DNA of 60,937 nucleotides from a virus. The DNA is taken from the IMG/VR virus record IMGVR_UViG_3300045988_087795; one strand, 5' to 3'. The first letter of the stretch is position 1; each line of letters begins with the position of its first letter. The translations under genes and the position numbers were made by a program. Positions 14,609 to 24,942 of this stretch are shown here, one piece after another. Under the pieces are notes generated by a model that saw only the letters and a program-made list of their open reading frames with translations, searched no databases and was not told where the DNA came from.

Positions 14609-16573
14609 ATGGAACTTTTGACGTTGAGCCTTGAAAACTTCCAGGGCTTGAAGCATGAGGAAATCCAGTTGGACGGCCACAGCGCCAGCATTTACGGCCG
14701 GAACGCCAGCGGAAAAACTACCATTTTCAACGCCATCACCTGGCTGCTTTTTGGCAAGCCGAGCACCTGGGCGAAGAACTGGGACCCCAAGACAAAGGGA
14801 CCCAACGGGGATTTGCACAACCTGGAACACAGCGCAACCGGCACCTTCCGGCTGGACGACGGCCAGACTGTGACCTTGAAAAAGGTTTTCCGCGAGGTAT
14901 GGAAGCGCAAGCGTGGCAGCGCCGCAGAGGAGTACTCCGGGAATACCATTGACTACCAGATCAACGGCGTTCCTTGCAAGGAAAAAGAGTACATGGCGGC
15001 CGTCCAGGAGTATTGCAGCGGCGAAGAAACCATGAAGCTGCTGACCATGCCCGATTACTTCCCCTCCGTTATGGACTGGCAGAAGCGCCGGGAAATTCTG
15101 CTGGATATTTGCGGCGACGTTTCCGACGCCGACGTGATCGCCAGCACCCCGGAGCTGGCAGGGCTTCCCGAGTTCCTTAAAATGCCCGGCAGCACGACCC
15201 GCCTCTATAAGGTGGACGAGTACAGAAAAATCGCTGCCGCCAAGAAAACCGACCTGAACAAGAAGATCGAGGCCATTCCGAACCGCATTGACGAGGCAAG
15301 CCGCGCCATTGACAAGGACCTCCCGACGCCCGAAGACCTGGCGGCCAAGCTGGCCGCAGCGGAGGCCGAGGAAACCAAAATTGCAGAGGAAAAGCGGGCA
15401 ATTCTGGCCGGTGATACTTCGGAACTCCGCAGCTCCCTGGCAAACGCCAAGGCGGACTATGCAGCGGCAAAATCCGAGTACATCGAGGAGGGCAGCGAGG
15501 CCCGGGCCGAGCACCGCAAGGCACAGGAGAAGGCAGAAAGCGAACTGCTGGAAGCCAAGACGGAGGCTGCCAACGCCACCGCGGATGCCCGGCGCAAGAA
15601 AGCAGACTTGGAACACATGAAGGCCCGCCGGGAGGCTATTCTGGCCGAGTACAAGGAAGCAGCGGCAGAAACCTGGGACGAGCACCGCGAGATCTGCCCG
15701 ACCTGCGGCCAGGCTTTGCCGGAAGAAAAGGTGGAGGAGCTCCGCGCAGACTTCCTCCAGCGCCGGTCCGCCAAGCTGGAAGCCATCAACACCAAGGGCA
15801 AGAAGGAAGCCAGCAAGGAAGCCATTGCCCAACTTGAACAGGACATTGCGGCCCTCGAAGAAAAGGCAGCGGCAGCCGAGGCCCGCGCCGATGAAATTTA
15901 CACCTCTCGCAAAGAGACCATCAAGGCAGAGCCGCCACGCCCGGACTTCTCCGAAACTGACCGCGGCCAGGCCATTGCGAAGACTATCCAGACGATTTCC
16001 GGCCAGATCGAGGCGGCCGAGCAGAAGCAGAGCACAGCCCTCCGCGAAGTGAACGAGCGCCAGCAGGCAGCTATGAACAACTGCCGCCAGATCCGCTATA
16101 TGCAGAGCCAGGCAGAGGCAGCACAGCGCCAGCGCCAGCGCATTGCAGAGCTTGAAGCCGAGGAAAAGAGCCTGGCTGCGGAATATGAGAAGACCGAGCA
16201 GGGCGTTTACCTGTGTGAAGTTTTCGTAAAAACCAAAGTGGCCCTGCTGACCGAACGAATCAATAGCAAGTTCAAGTCTGTGAGCTTCCAGCTTTTCCGA
16301 GAGCAGACAAACGGCGGCGTCGCTGACTGCTGCGAAGTTCTGGTGCCCGGCGAGGGCGGCGCCATGGTGCCGTATTCGACCGCAAACAAGGCGGCCGTGG
16401 TAAACGCTGGCCTGGAAATTATCGCCACGCTTTCCCACCACTACGGCGTCCGGCTGCCTATTGTGGTAGACAACGCCGAGAGCGTGACCGAACTTCTCCC
16501 TGTTGATTCCCAGGTGATCCGCCTGGTCGTGAGCGCAGAAGACGAGAGCCTGCGCGTGGAGGTAGACAAATGA
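14609..16573 (+). CDS. SMC/SbcC-like AAA ATPase of the recombination module
   Basis: N-terminal LENFQGL...IYGRNASGKTTIFNAI (Walker A), a long coiled coil, and a CPTCGQ hook-like motif. Confidence 0.8.
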   Translation: MELLTLSLENFQGLKHEEIQLDGHSASIYGRNASGKTTIFNAITWLLFGKPSTWAKNWDPKTKGPNGDLHNLEHSATGTFRLDDGQTVTLKKVFREVWKRKRGSAAEEYSGNTIDYQINGVPCKEKEYMAAVQEYCSGEETMKLLTMPDYFPSVMDWQKRREILLDICGDVSDADVIASTPELAGLPEFLKMPGSTTRLYKVDEYRKIAAAKKTDLNKKIEAIPNRIDEASRAIDKDLPTPEDLAAKLAAAEAEETKIAEEKRAILAGDTSELRSSLANAKADYAAAKSEYIEEGSEARAEHRKAQEKAESELLEAKTEAANATADARRKKADLEHMKARREAILAEYKEAAAETWDEHREICPTCGQALPEEKVEELRADFLQRRSAKLEAINTKGKKEASKEAIAQLEQDIAALEEKAAAAEARADEIYTSRKETIKAEPPRPDFSETDRGQAIAKTIQTISGQIEAAEQKQSTALREVNERQQAAMNNCRQIRYMQSQAEAAQRQRQRIAELEAEEKSLAAEYEKTEQGVYLCEVFVKTKVALLTERINSKFKSVSFQLFREQTNGGVADCCEVLVPGEGGAMVPYSTANKAAVVNAGLEIIATLSHHYGVRLPIVVDNAESVTELLPVDSQVIRLVVSAEDESLRVEVDK

Positions 16574-16830
16574 ACGAATCTTTTATGCGGAAGGTTTACG
16601 AGAACCCGACCGAAAACGTGATGCAGCAGGGATTGAATTTTTACAGCCAGCAGTTCAAGAGCCTTATCAAGACCTTTCCGTCCGCGGATATACCCATTTT
16701 CCTTGCGGCTATGAAATCCGTTCACGACGGCATCCGCGGCGTTTTGCCTGCGAATGGCCCGGAACTGGAAGACGACATTTTGAAGCACATCACCACGGTT
16801 GTAATTCCGTTTCCGGGAGGGGAGAAATGA
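16570..16830 (+). CDS. Hypothetical protein
   Basis: ATGA overlap on both sides. Confidence 0.5.
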   Translation: MNESFMRKVYENPTENVMQQGLNFYSQQFKSLIKTFPSADIPIFLAAMKSVHDGIRGVLPANGPELEDDILKHITTVVIPFPGGEK

Positions 16831-17042
16831 ACGCCAAGGACAAAGACCAGGAGCCCGGCACGTTTATGATCCAGGCTGGCCGCTGCCGCCGCTGCGGCGG
16901 TCTGCTGACCAGCAAAGAGAGCGTGAGAAACGGCATCGGCCACGTTTGCCGCATGAAGGATCTTCGGGAAATGCCGGACCCGAACCAGGTAACGGTTTTT
17001 GACGTCCTGGGCGACAAAGAGGAGAACACACATGAAAAATAA
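16827..17042 (+). CDS. Small zinc-binding protein (DUF6011-like CxxC...GxGxxC)
   Basis: GRCRRCGGLLTSKESVRNGIGHVCR. Confidence 0.5.
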   Translation: MNAKDKDQEPGTFMIQAGRCRRCGGLLTSKESVRNGIGHVCRMKDLREMPDPNQVTVFDVLGDKEENTHEK

Positions 17043-17379
17043 TTTTCCGTTCCGCACGCACTGGAAGAAGCCGGAGGAACCCAAGGCGGCCCCGGAAACT
17101 TCACAGTATCTGCCGCGGGCCGTTGAGCTGACCGTGGAGCAACACAAGCCGGAAGAAGGCCTGCGGGTGCTTCTGGAAGGCTTTGCGCATTACTTCAACT
17201 GCACGGCGGAGGCCCTGGGGCCGTACCCGCTGGCAGATACCGCAATGTTGATTGTGCTTTATACCCACATTGCGGCGAGCCTTTCTTACCAGGACCCGGC
17301 GGCCGCCCAGATGGCAGAGCAAATCGAAAAAGTTGTAAAGCTGCCGCCCGTAGATTTCTACGCGGCCAGCAAGAAATAA
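17032..17379 (+). CDS. Hypothetical protein
   Basis: ggagaaca RBS-like sequence before ATG 17032. Confidence 0.5.
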   Translation: MKNNFPFRTHWKKPEEPKAAPETSQYLPRAVELTVEQHKPEEGLRVLLEGFAHYFNCTAEALGPYPLADTAMLIVLYTHIAASLSYQDPAAAQMAEQIEKVVKLPPVDFYAASKK

Positions 17380-17397
17380 AAAAATGGAGGAACACAC

Positions 17398-18513
17398 ATG
17401 AACGCAGAAAGCACAGCAATGACCCCCGCGGCCGAAAACGCGGTTGCAGAAACAGCCACCGAGAGCATCGGCACCCGCTTTACCAAAAAGGTGCTGGCCC
17501 AGTTTGCCAGTAACACCGGCAGCCAGATTGCAGTAACGGAGTTCCAGCGCCGCCTTATCCAGGGATACTTTATCCAGATCGACCGCGCCCTGGCCGTAGC
17601 AGAGGAGGCCCGCGTGGCGAAGAACGCCAAGAACCGGGACCACAAGTGGGACGAAACCATCCCCGTAACGTGGAAGTTCGTCAATCTCCAGGACCTGGCA
17701 ATGGACCTGGTACGCTATGCCCGCATGGGCCTGGATATGCAGTGCGAGAATATGTTGTTCCCGATCCCGTACAAGAACAACAAAACGAACCTGTACGACG
17801 TGACCCTGATGCCCGGCTATAACGGTATCCGCTACGTTGCCATGAAATATGCGCTGCACAAGCCCAAGGCGGACACAATCGAACTTGTTTACAGCAATGA
17901 CAAGTTTGCTCCGCACCCGAAGGACAGCCGCCACCCGGTTGCGTCCTACGAGTTCGAGATCACGAATCCCTTCGACCGCGGCGACATTGTGGGCGGCTTT
18001 GGCTACCTCGAATACGACGACCCGACACAGAACGAGCTTATTGTTATGCCCATGGCTGCCATTCGCAAGCGTATGCCCAAGTACGCAAGCGCCGAGTTCT
18101 GGGGCGGTACGAAGCAGGTCTACAACAAGGAGACCGGCAAGAAGGAAGACACCACCGTGGAAGGCTGGCTGGACGAAATGTGCCGCAAGACCCTGATCCG
18201 CGAGGTTTTCAGCGCAAAGCACATTGTACGCGACCCCGAAAAGCTGGACGAAGATTACCGCGTGATGAAGGCCAGAGAGGTTGCCTATGCCGAGATCCAG
18301 GCGGAGGCTGAGATCCAGGAACAGGCCAACACCGTTCTGATCGACACCGCGCCGCAGCCCGCAGCGCCCGCAAGTCTGCCGGAGCCAAAGAAGACGATCC
18401 AGGTCGATGCCAGCACCGGCGAAGTCCTGGAACCCCAGGCAGCGCCCGCGGCAAAGCCCACCAGCCGGAAAGCAGCCCCGGCACAGTGGGACGTTGCGGA
18501 GCCGGATTTTTAA
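17398..18513 (+). CDS. recT: RecT-family single-strand annealing protein
   Basis: LMPGYNGIRYVAMKY, VYSNDKF, RGDIVGGFGY. Position between the ATPase and the nuclease. Confidence 0.8.
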   Translation: MNAESTAMTPAAENAVAETATESIGTRFTKKVLAQFASNTGSQIAVTEFQRRLIQGYFIQIDRALAVAEEARVAKNAKNRDHKWDETIPVTWKFVNLQDLAMDLVRYARMGLDMQCENMLFPIPYKNNKTNLYDVTLMPGYNGIRYVAMKYALHKPKADTIELVYSNDKFAPHPKDSRHPVASYEFEITNPFDRGDIVGGFGYLEYDDPTQNELIVMPMAAIRKRMPKYASAEFWGGTKQVYNKETGKKEDTTVEGWLDEMCRKTLIREVFSAKHIVRDPEKLDEDYRVMKAREVAYAEIQAEAEIQEQANTVLIDTAPQPAAPASLPEPKKTIQVDASTGEVLEPQAAPAAKPTSRKAAPAQWDVAEPDF

Positions 18514-19215
18514 GTGGACATTCGGCCCATTGCCAGCGGCAGCAGCGGAAACGCCTATTGGATATCCGACGGCAAAACCCCGCTGCTGCTTGATGCTGGC
18601 ATCCCGATGAAGGCAATCCAGATAGGATGCGGATTCCGTGTGCGGGAGCTGGGAGGCTGCTTTATTACGCACTGCCACGGAGACCACAGCAAAGCCGCAA
18701 AAGACCTTCTGCGCTACGGCGTGGACGTTTACACGGGCCAGGGCACCGCAGAAGCCTGCCGCCTGGAAGGCCACAGGCTGCACATTACGCGGCCGCTTGA
18801 ACAGTTGACGGTTGGCACGTTTCTGGTTTTGCCTTTCGATGTGGAACACGATGCGCCGGATTCGCAAGGATTTCTTCTGGAATCTACGGCGACCGGAGAA
18901 AAGCTGCTGTATTTCACAGATACCTATTACCTGAAATACAGATTTTCGGGCATTACCCACATACTCGGAGAGTGCAACTACACCCGGGAACGAGTGCAAG
19001 AAAACCTTGCGGAAGACACGCTGCCAACAGTTCGGGCCGCTCGGTTGATGCACAGCCACATGAGCCTCCAACACCTGGTTGAATTTTTGGAGGCAAACGA
19101 CCTTTCGCGGCTGAAACAAATCTACCTCGTGCACCTTTCGGCTGAAAATTCGGACGAGGCCGAAATGAAACGCCGGATTCAGCGCCTTACCGGCGCGGAA
19201 GTGTACGTTTGTTAA
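18514..19215 (+). CDS. Metallo-beta-lactamase-fold hydrolase/nuclease
   Basis: ITHCHGDHS (HxHxDH). GTG start immediately after the recT stop. Confidence 0.8.
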   Translation: MDIRPIASGSSGNAYWISDGKTPLLLDAGIPMKAIQIGCGFRVRELGGCFITHCHGDHSKAAKDLLRYGVDVYTGQGTAEACRLEGHRLHITRPLEQLTVGTFLVLPFDVEHDAPDSQGFLLESTATGEKLLYFTDTYYLKYRFSGITHILGECNYTRERVQENLAEDTLPTVRAARLMHSHMSLQHLVEFLEANDLSRLKQIYLVHLSAENSDEAEMKRRIQRLTGAEVYVC

Positions 19216-19235
19216 TTTCTACGATGGAGGACGAC

Positions 19236-20051
19236 ATGGCCGGGGTAAAAATTGAACAGGGGACCTTGACGCACCGAAAAACGCTGCGCCTTAAAGGCCT
19301 GCTGGGGATAGGCGTCGCCCAGGCGGTCGGCCATCTTACAATGCTCTGGGTATGGGCCGCAAGCAGCACCAAGGACGGCAGCCTGGCGGGAATGACGCCG
19401 ACGGAAATCGCAGAGGTTTCCGGGTGGGCAGGCGAACCGGCCGACTTTCTGGCGGCCATGATAGATGCCGGTTACATAGACGAAGCACCAGACGGTTTCC
19501 GGCTCCATGATTGGGCCGAAAACACAGGACAGATCGAAGCGGAAGCCCGCCGGGAGGCAGCACGAGAACGGCAACGGAGATTCAAAGAGCGAAAGCGGGC
19601 AGAGAAGGCCGCAGAGGCCGCCAGGGCAGAAGCAAACAAAGTTTCTGCACCAGCACAAAAACCGCTTGTCGTAGCCCCGCAGCCGCCGCAGAGAGCGGAA
19701 CCGCGAACGGACCCGGAACTGGCCAGGGCTGGACAATTTTACTTGAACAACATCAACCCAACGCCGCCACGCTGGGAGCTTGAAGACCTGACCCAGGCGG
19801 TCGCGGACTTCGGCGCTGACGTGGTGATCCACGCAATGGAGATCGCCCAGAGGAACAAAGCCCCGAACTGGAAATACGTCTGCGGCGTTCTGGCCCGGTA
19901 TAGGGACAAGGGAGTGAAGGACCTGGACGCGGCCGTGGATGCAGATAAATGGACAAAGGAGGAAGCACGAAATGGAAAAGCTGGGCGATATGATCGCCAG
20001 CGGGACGCAATCCCGGCAACCCAAGACCTCGCAGGATTCCACACCGCGTGA
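19236..20051 (+). CDS. Replisome organiser, DnaD-domain protein
   Basis: C-terminal NWKYVCGVLARYRDKGVKDLD. ggagga RBS before ATG 19236. Confidence 0.7.
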   Translation: MAGVKIEQGTLTHRKTLRLKGLLGIGVAQAVGHLTMLWVWAASSTKDGSLAGMTPTEIAEVSGWAGEPADFLAAMIDAGYIDEAPDGFRLHDWAENTGQIEAEARREAARERQRRFKERKRAEKAAEAARAEANKVSAPAQKPLVVAPQPPQRAEPRTDPELARAGQFYLNNINPTPPRWELEDLTQAVADFGADVVIHAMEIAQRNKAPNWKYVCGVLARYRDKGVKDLDAAVDADKWTKEEARNGKAGRYDRQRDAIPATQDLAGFHTA

Positions 20052-20961
20052 AACCTCCATCCTGGCAGACGAGGCAATCCGTCGCGGCTACAAGATGGAC
20101 AAACCGGCCCCGGAGCCGGAACACTGTAAATTCTGCGGCAAAACCCTGCAATATAGAGGTTTCCTTCTTCCGGCCATTTCCAAGACCCGCGTTTTTGGCT
20201 GGGATTCGCAGCCGGAGCGCTGCAACTGCCCCAGGGCGCAAGCCTACTGGGAGAGAGCAGAGGCCAAGAACAAGGCCGCGGAGGAGGCAAAGGCGGCAGC
20301 AGAGGCCGCCGCAGCCTTCAACCGGCGTATAAACCGGCTGCTGGGCGACAGCGGCATGGGCGCCCGATTCCAGAACCGGACCTTTGACCGCTTCCAGGTG
20401 ACGCCGGAAAACCAGAAGGCCTATACCGCCTGCAAGGAGTATGCGGCAGCCTTCAAAGCGCAGATGCTTCCCGGCAAGGGTAAGGACGGCGAGGCAGTGC
20501 CCCCGCAGCAGGAACGCAACGGCCTTTTCTTGGTGGGAGGTTATGGCACCGGCAAAACACACCTGGCCGCAGCTGTGGCAAACGAGCTGATCCGAAACGG
20601 CACCCCGGCGCTGTGCATGACCATGATCGACCTTCTGGCGAACGTGCGCCGGACCTACAACGGCCAGGGCGACGAAGCGGACATTTTGAAGCTCTATACC
20701 GAAACCCCGCTGCTGATTATTGACGACCTGGGCAGCGAGGCCGCGACGGAGTGGACTTCATCCATGATATTCACCATCGTAAACGCCCGCTATGAAGCCT
20801 ATATGCCGGTGATCGTAACGACCAACTGCGGCACCGAAGAACTGACCCGGAGCCTGACCCCGGCCGGATGCAGCGAACGGAACGCCCAAAAGATGATTGA
20901 CCGCCTCCGGGAAATGTGCCTTGCAGTTCCCCTTGACGGCCCTTCGTGGAGGGCGAAATAA
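19972..20961 (+). CDS. DnaC/IstB-like helicase-loader ATPase
   Basis: LVGGYGTGKTHLAAA (Walker A) and LLIIDDLG (Walker B). aaggagg 9 nt before ATG 19972. This start overlaps the upstream gene by 80 nt, so it is uncertain. Confidence 0.75.
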   Translation: MEKLGDMIASGTQSRQPKTSQDSTPRETSILADEAIRRGYKMDKPAPEPEHCKFCGKTLQYRGFLLPAISKTRVFGWDSQPERCNCPRAQAYWERAEAKNKAAEEAKAAAEAAAAFNRRINRLLGDSGMGARFQNRTFDRFQVTPENQKAYTACKEYAAAFKAQMLPGKGKDGEAVPPQQERNGLFLVGGYGTGKTHLAAAVANELIRNGTPALCMTMIDLLANVRRTYNGQGDEADILKLYTETPLLIIDDLGSEAATEWTSSMIFTIVNARYEAYMPVIVTTNCGTEELTRSLTPAGCSERNAQKMIDRLREMCLAVPLDGPSWRAK

Positions 20962-21143
20962 GCGCAGAGAATGGCCGGTGCTACCGGATCTGTAAGACCT
21001 GCGGGAATCGCTGGAACGTGAGCCGCATAACAAAAGGCGGCGGTAAAACCTACGTCTGCCCCCTCTGTGAGTGGCAGAAGAAAATTAAAGCCCAGGGAGG
21101 ACAGCATGAGAGGTTACAACACATTCGCAAACCGCGGCCGTGA
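20946..21143 (+). CDS. Possible zinc-ribbon peptide
   Basis: CKTCG...CPLC pairs, but GTG start with no clear RBS and overlaps on both sides. Confidence 0.3.
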   Translation: MEGEISAENGRCYRICKTCGNRWNVSRITKGGGKTYVCPLCEWQKKIKAQGGQHERLQHIRKPRP

Positions 21144-21699
21144 TTTTGAAGACTTCGTTATCCAGGTGAACGACCTATACACCCGCAGCGGCAAGGCCGT
21201 GGTCTACAAAGTTCCGACCGAGTTCCTACCGATACGCGACAGCACCGGCCAGATCAAGAGCTGCAAGGTGGAACATAAATCTTGCGTTGACTTCCTGGGA
21301 CGCTACAATGGCACCCCTGTTGCGGTGGAGGCGAAGCAGACCCACACCGGCCGAATTGATTTTGACGCGGTGCAGCCCCACCAGGCGGCCTTCCTGGACG
21401 CCTGGACGACCGACAAAGCGGTGGGCATGATCCTGGTCAGCTTCAACCTTCGCCGCTTCTTCGCCGTTCCGTGGCCCTTCTGGCGGGTTGCAAGGACAGC
21501 ATGGGCGTCCCAGAAGGAAACGGCCAAGCGGAAACGCACACCGCCCACCGTGACGGCCTACGGCCAGACCTGGACGCCGCCGCCCATGGCAAGCGCGGCC
21601 CCGGAAGATTTTCTTCCGGCCTGGGAAGTTCACCTCGGCGGCCGCACTGGCCTGCCGTACCTGGAAACCATTGAAAAGCTGGAAGGAGTTCTGGAATGA
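21106..21699 (+). CDS. recU: RecU-type Holliday-junction resolvase
   Basis: RGRDFEDFV, YKVPT, VDFLGRYNGTPVAVEAKQT, HQAAFL. Confidence 0.75.
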   Translation: MRGYNTFANRGRDFEDFVIQVNDLYTRSGKAVVYKVPTEFLPIRDSTGQIKSCKVEHKSCVDFLGRYNGTPVAVEAKQTHTGRIDFDAVQPHQAAFLDAWTTDKAVGMILVSFNLRRFFAVPWPFWRVARTAWASQKETAKRKRTPPTVTAYGQTWTPPPMASAAPEDFLPAWEVHLGGRTGLPYLETIEKLEGVLE

Positions 21700-21956
21700 G
21701 TGACGATATTTATTTAGCCCGTTTCGAGTATGCGAAGCTGACGGAGCAGGCCGCGATCCCCGTTATTATCGTGACGGCAAACCAGGACGACTACCCGCGG
21801 CGCTTTGTTGCCCGCCTTTGGGACATGAGCGTCCCGGCGAGTACCCAATACATGGTCCTGGAAGATACCCTGGAAGACTTACGAAAGGCAATTCCGGCCG
21901 AAATGAGCCGCCTTCCGGCAGCACCGGACGACAGCATTGTGGAAGCCTGGCTTTAA
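21696..21956 (+). CDS. Hypothetical protein
   Basis: ATGA overlap. Confidence 0.5.
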   Translation: MSDDIYLARFEYAKLTEQAAIPVIIVTANQDDYPRRFVARLWDMSVPASTQYMVLEDTLEDLRKAIPAEMSRLPAAPDDSIVEAWL

Positions 21957-21966
21957 GGAGAAACAC

Positions 21967-22677
21967 ATGGAAAAAGTACGTTTTGAAGCCTTCAACGTTG
22001 AAGAACTGCGCGTCCTGCGCCGGGCCTGCTATGAAGCGGGCGCCGCATTTGGCGACCCGGGCCACACGGCCGCAGAGCGGGAAACGCTGGACGACTTGGC
22101 CGTGGAGATCCTCGACGAGCTGAAAAAGAAAGAAGCAGCGGCCGCCCGGCAGACGCAGAAAGAACCGCTGGAAAAGACAGTGGCAAAGGCTGTGGAGGAT
22201 TCCTTGAAGGACGTGGTGGGCAAGCTGCCTTTTGCGCCGAAAGTTTTCCAGAGCCCCGTGCCGCCGAAGGAACGCGTTGTGCAGCGGCCGGATATTCCCG
22301 CAAAGGCAAAACCCACGCCGCCCGCCGAAAGCGCCCACAGGGCCCCGGAGCTGCCCGCAGCGGAAAAGTTTACCGGTTTCTTGTATGTGCGCTGCGAGAA
22401 GTGCGGCCAGGAACGCGGCTTCTGTGCAAAAACGCCTATTTCTTCGTGCTACTGCCGGGAGTGCGGCGGGAAAACGGAGCTCAAAAATATGCGCCAGGTC
22501 AAGATCTGGTGCGAGTGCGGCAGCGCTTACCGCTACCACACGAACATCCAGGATGCCGCATTTGATATGCCTTGCCTGAACTGTGAGGCTCCGGTGTCGC
22601 TTGAATGGAACAAAAATAAGAACAGATACCAGCCCATGAACAGCGAGCCCCCAAAGGCCCGCAGAGGCCGGAAATAA
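21967..22677 (+). CDS. Multi-zinc-ribbon protein
   Basis: aaggag RBS. CEKCG, CRECGG, CECG and CLNC motifs. Confidence 0.55.
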   Translation: MEKVRFEAFNVEELRVLRRACYEAGAAFGDPGHTAAERETLDDLAVEILDELKKKEAAAARQTQKEPLEKTVAKAVEDSLKDVVGKLPFAPKVFQSPVPPKERVVQRPDIPAKAKPTPPAESAHRAPELPAAEKFTGFLYVRCEKCGQERGFCAKTPISSCYCRECGGKTELKNMRQVKIWCECGSAYRYHTNIQDAAFDMPCLNCEAPVSLEWNKNKNRYQPMNSEPPKARRGRK

Positions 22678-22698
22678 GGCGAAAGGAGAGAACACACA

Positions 22699-22917
22699 AT
22701 GAGCAGCACAGACAACCTCCCGCGCCCGGCGGACAGCCCTTGCCTTAAATGTGCCTCCGCTGGCTGCACGAGCATTACTGTGGGCAAAGGTGGAGACCGC
22801 AAGACCTTCCCGGGCTGCGCGATCTGGCAGCAATGGTTTTCCGACCGCTGGCAGGGCTACCAGGCAACTGCCTACAAAATGAAGCACCTTCGGAAGGCAC
22901 GGGAGGCACAGAAATGA
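22699..22917 (+). CDS. Hypothetical protein
   Basis: aaggagag RBS. Confidence 0.5.
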   Translation: MSSTDNLPRPADSPCLKCASAGCTSITVGKGGDRKTFPGCAIWQQWFSDRWQGYQATAYKMKHLRKAREAQK

Positions 22918-23255
22918 GCAAGAACGTATTTGTTGAAGCCGGTTCGTTCCGGCGCCTCCTTATTGGCGCTGCCGGAGGATATGCGCTGCAAGGCCACCGT
23001 GAAGCAGCCGAAGCCGTTATGCACGTTGTTGATGCACTGGACAAGCTGACAACAGGCGGGAAGGGCAAAAGCCGGGCGGACGAAGACGTGGATGCCACGG
23101 CAGCCGCGGAAGTCATTCGGTTTTACTGCGAGAAGCGCCGGAAGGTGGACTGCTGCGAAAGCTGCATATTCAACAAGGGCAATAAAGGACCGCTTTGCCC
23201 GCTTTATGGCAGCCCGATGGGCTGGGATAGATTCGGAGGAAAAGAAAATGGCTGA
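22914..23255 (+). CDS. Hypothetical protein
   Basis: ATGA overlap. Confidence 0.5.
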   Translation: MSKNVFVEAGSFRRLLIGAAGGYALQGHREAAEAVMHVVDALDKLTTGGKGKSRADEDVDATAAAEVIRFYCEKRRKVDCCESCIFNKGNKGPLCPLYGSPMGWDRFGGKENG

Positions 23256-23574
23256 AAGAAGAATCGTTGATATTGGCCCACTTCTGGAAGATCTCAAAAA
23301 GGAGCTGGAAGACCTGGAAGGCTCCACGGAAGCCTTGACGGTCGAGGAAGCGACGGAAGACGAAATCGGGGAGCTGGAAGCGCTGCCGGTTATTGACCCG
23401 GCGAGCCTGCGGCCGACCGCAAAATGGATTATTGCGCGGCGCATGGCAGATGGTGCAGAGTGTAAGTGTGGAAACTGTGGCCGCCGCGAAACGTTCACGA
23501 CCTTTGACCGGCACACGGACCATGTTTATTGCTGCCGCTGCGGGTACAGAATGGAGGGCTTTTATAATGACTGA
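23248..23574 (+). CDS. Hypothetical zinc-ribbon protein
   Basis: ggagga RBS. CKCGNCG...CCRCG. Confidence 0.5.
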   Translation: MAERRIVDIGPLLEDLKKELEDLEGSTEALTVEEATEDEIGELEALPVIDPASLRPTAKWIIARRMADGAECKCGNCGRRETFTTFDRHTDHVYCCRCGYRMEGFYND

Positions 23575-24031
23575 ATACATCCAGCGTGAGGCTGTGTTGA
23601 AGTGCCTGGCATATACCACGATATGGGAACCGGAAGCAGAGAACGTTATCTCGCTGACCCTCCGTGCGGCGCGGGAAAAGGTTGAAAAACTTCCTGTTGT
23701 GCAGGAAAAAGATCTGTTTCCCACTTGGCGGAACCCTAAAACAGACCCCCCGAAGGTCGAAACGGAAGTGCTGGTTTTGTACCGGTGTAATGATTATCTG
23801 GGCATTACAACGGCGCACTATGAAGATGGCAATGTTTTCTCTGAGGACAGCGAATGGAATTGGGAAGACCTTTCCGATTGGGGAACATACGACGAGGAGC
23901 GGGACGACTACCGAATCCCGGAAGGCTGGTGGGAATACCGCCACTTCAACCCGGACGACGTTTACAACAACAAGATCGACTGCCCTGTTGTGGGCTGGAT
24001 GCCATTGCCCCCGGAGGAGGCGAAGAAATGA
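23567..24031 (+). CDS. DUF551-like protein
   Basis: C-terminal VVGWMPLPPEE. Confidence 0.5.
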   Translation: MTEYIQREAVLKCLAYTTIWEPEAENVISLTLRAAREKVEKLPVVQEKDLFPTWRNPKTDPPKVETEVLVLYRCNDYLGITTAHYEDGNVFSEDSEWNWEDLSDWGTYDEERDDYRIPEGWWEYRHFNPDDVYNNKIDCPVVGWMPLPPEEAKK

Positions 24032-24942
24032 ACATGGAAGGAACTGCCGTTCTTTTGAGCATCCGTCCGGAGTGGTGCCAAAAGATTTTCCGCGGAGAAA
24101 AGACCATGGAAATCCGCAAGAGTTTCCCGAAAGACTTCCAGGGCCAGCCCTTTAAGTGCTTTATTTACTGCACAAAAGGGCAAAACGCTGGATTCCGGCT
24201 AGAGCCTGACGGAGGCTTGATGCGACTGGATGGGACCGTCATTGGGGAGTTTACCTGTGATCGCGTGTATGAAATCGCCCCGCTGAACCATGCACCGGAC
24301 GACCTGGAAGCCCAGGCCTGCATGGACCGGGACCAGATCTGGGAATACACGCACGGCAAAGGCTATGCTTGGCACATTACCGCGTTGAAGACGTATAAAA
24401 CACCGCTTGACCTGGCGGCTTTTCACCTTCGCTGCGAAAACGCCTTGCGCTGGTGCAATAACGGCGGCTGTGCAATGCACATTGAACACCCTGCAAACGG
24501 GAACTGCTGCGGGAATTACGCCTTGCAGCTTAACAGACCGCCACAAAGCTGGTGCTATGTGGTGGGCCCTGGCGAGTGCCACAAGGAGCTCCAGGAACAG
24601 GTAAAGGCCACACTGGGCAGGCTTTACCCGAAAAAGAAGATCTCCGACATTCTGCCGAAGCCTGAAATTTTGGGCCAGCTTGCGGAAGAACTGGCGGAGG
24701 CTTCCGCGGCTGCGTCGAAGCTGCGCCGCAAAATTGATGGCAAGAACCCGACGCCGAAGACCTTAGAAGAGTGCTGGGAGGACCTGAAAAAGGAAATCGG
24801 CGACGTTATGAACTCCATTGATGCCCTTACAGAGCAAGACCCGCAGAACTACCACGAGTTTATGAGCGAGTGCGGCGAGTATGCAGAGCCGAAAATGGAA
24901 CGCTGGCTTTACCGCCTGACCGAGCAGGAGGGGAAACCGTGA
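24028..24942 (+). CDS. ASCH (PUA-like) domain protein with a MazG-like C-terminal region
   Basis: LLSIRPEWCQKIFRGEKTMEIRK at the N-terminus. LAEELAEASAAASKLRRK...KKEIGDVMNSIDAL at the C-terminus. Confidence 0.55.
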   Translation: MNMEGTAVLLSIRPEWCQKIFRGEKTMEIRKSFPKDFQGQPFKCFIYCTKGQNAGFRLEPDGGLMRLDGTVIGEFTCDRVYEIAPLNHAPDDLEAQACMDRDQIWEYTHGKGYAWHITALKTYKTPLDLAAFHLRCENALRWCNNGGCAMHIEHPANGNCCGNYALQLNRPPQSWCYVVGPGECHKELQEQVKATLGRLYPKKKISDILPKPEILGQLAEELAEASAAASKLRRKIDGKNPTPKTLEECWEDLKKEIGDVMNSIDALTEQDPQNYHEFMSECGEYAEPKMERWLYRLTEQEGKP